NCBI GenBank assembly: GCA_964187785.1
Contig: OZ076411.1
Coordinates: 22,258,001-22,322,000 of the forward strand
Direction: 5' to 3'
Length of the DNA stretch: 64,000 nucleotides
Origin: Amphiscolops sp. MND2022
Lineage: Eukaryota
Each line of letters opens with the position of its first letter. Position 1 is the stretch's first letter. Both the position numbers and the translations under genes were made by a program. Of the stretch, positions 63,961-64,000 are shown piece after piece. The notes beneath the pieces are model-generated. The model searched no databases and was not told the origin of the DNA. It saw nothing but the letters and a program-made list of their open reading frames with translations.

Positions 63961-64000
63961 CAAATAAGCCGGGAACGGCCCAAGTCGGCGCCCCGCTCAA
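63961..64000 (-). mobile_element. 3' end of a Helentron-like element that continues beyond the window
   Basis: About 35 bp identical to the reverse complement of 55134-55168. Confidence 0.6.

Overview
Eukaryotic (animal-like), AT-rich, transposon-dominated window; not prokaryotic, and no CRISPR, rRNA or intact tRNA was seen. Host genes are few, all on the minus strand: (i) an intronless-looking four-TM claudin/PMP22-like ORF (~885-2064); (ii) a three-exon, ~955-aa low-complexity protein (exons 9924-10215, 6910-8193, 4982-6273) whose GT-AG introns are phase-compatible; (iii) the last exon of a thioredoxin (63125-63256). The rest is nested, mostly decayed mobile DNA: a CR1/L2-type LINE, a Ty1/Copia element inside a Ty3/Gypsy LTR, an RT-deleted Gypsy element followed by a ~6.5-kb unexplained region with antisense ORF remnants, an internally deleted LTR element, a second Gypsy pol split by a full-length BEL/Pao element (TSD AAAAT), a ~3-kb tandem duplication, a hAT element with a perfect 8-bp TSD, nested 9-bp-TSD MITEs, and a dispersed Helentron/DINE-1-like family. 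The most unusual signals are LTRs whose ORFs read in frame across the LTR/PBS junction, the antisense multi-ORF region, and a Copia composite bounded by two LTR 3' ends. The repeat content reminds me of acoel genomes (Symsagittifera/Convolutriloba), but this is recollection and was not checked. Coordinates were read by hand and may be off by a few bases. Many listed ORFs begin at TTG/GTG and are not true starts.
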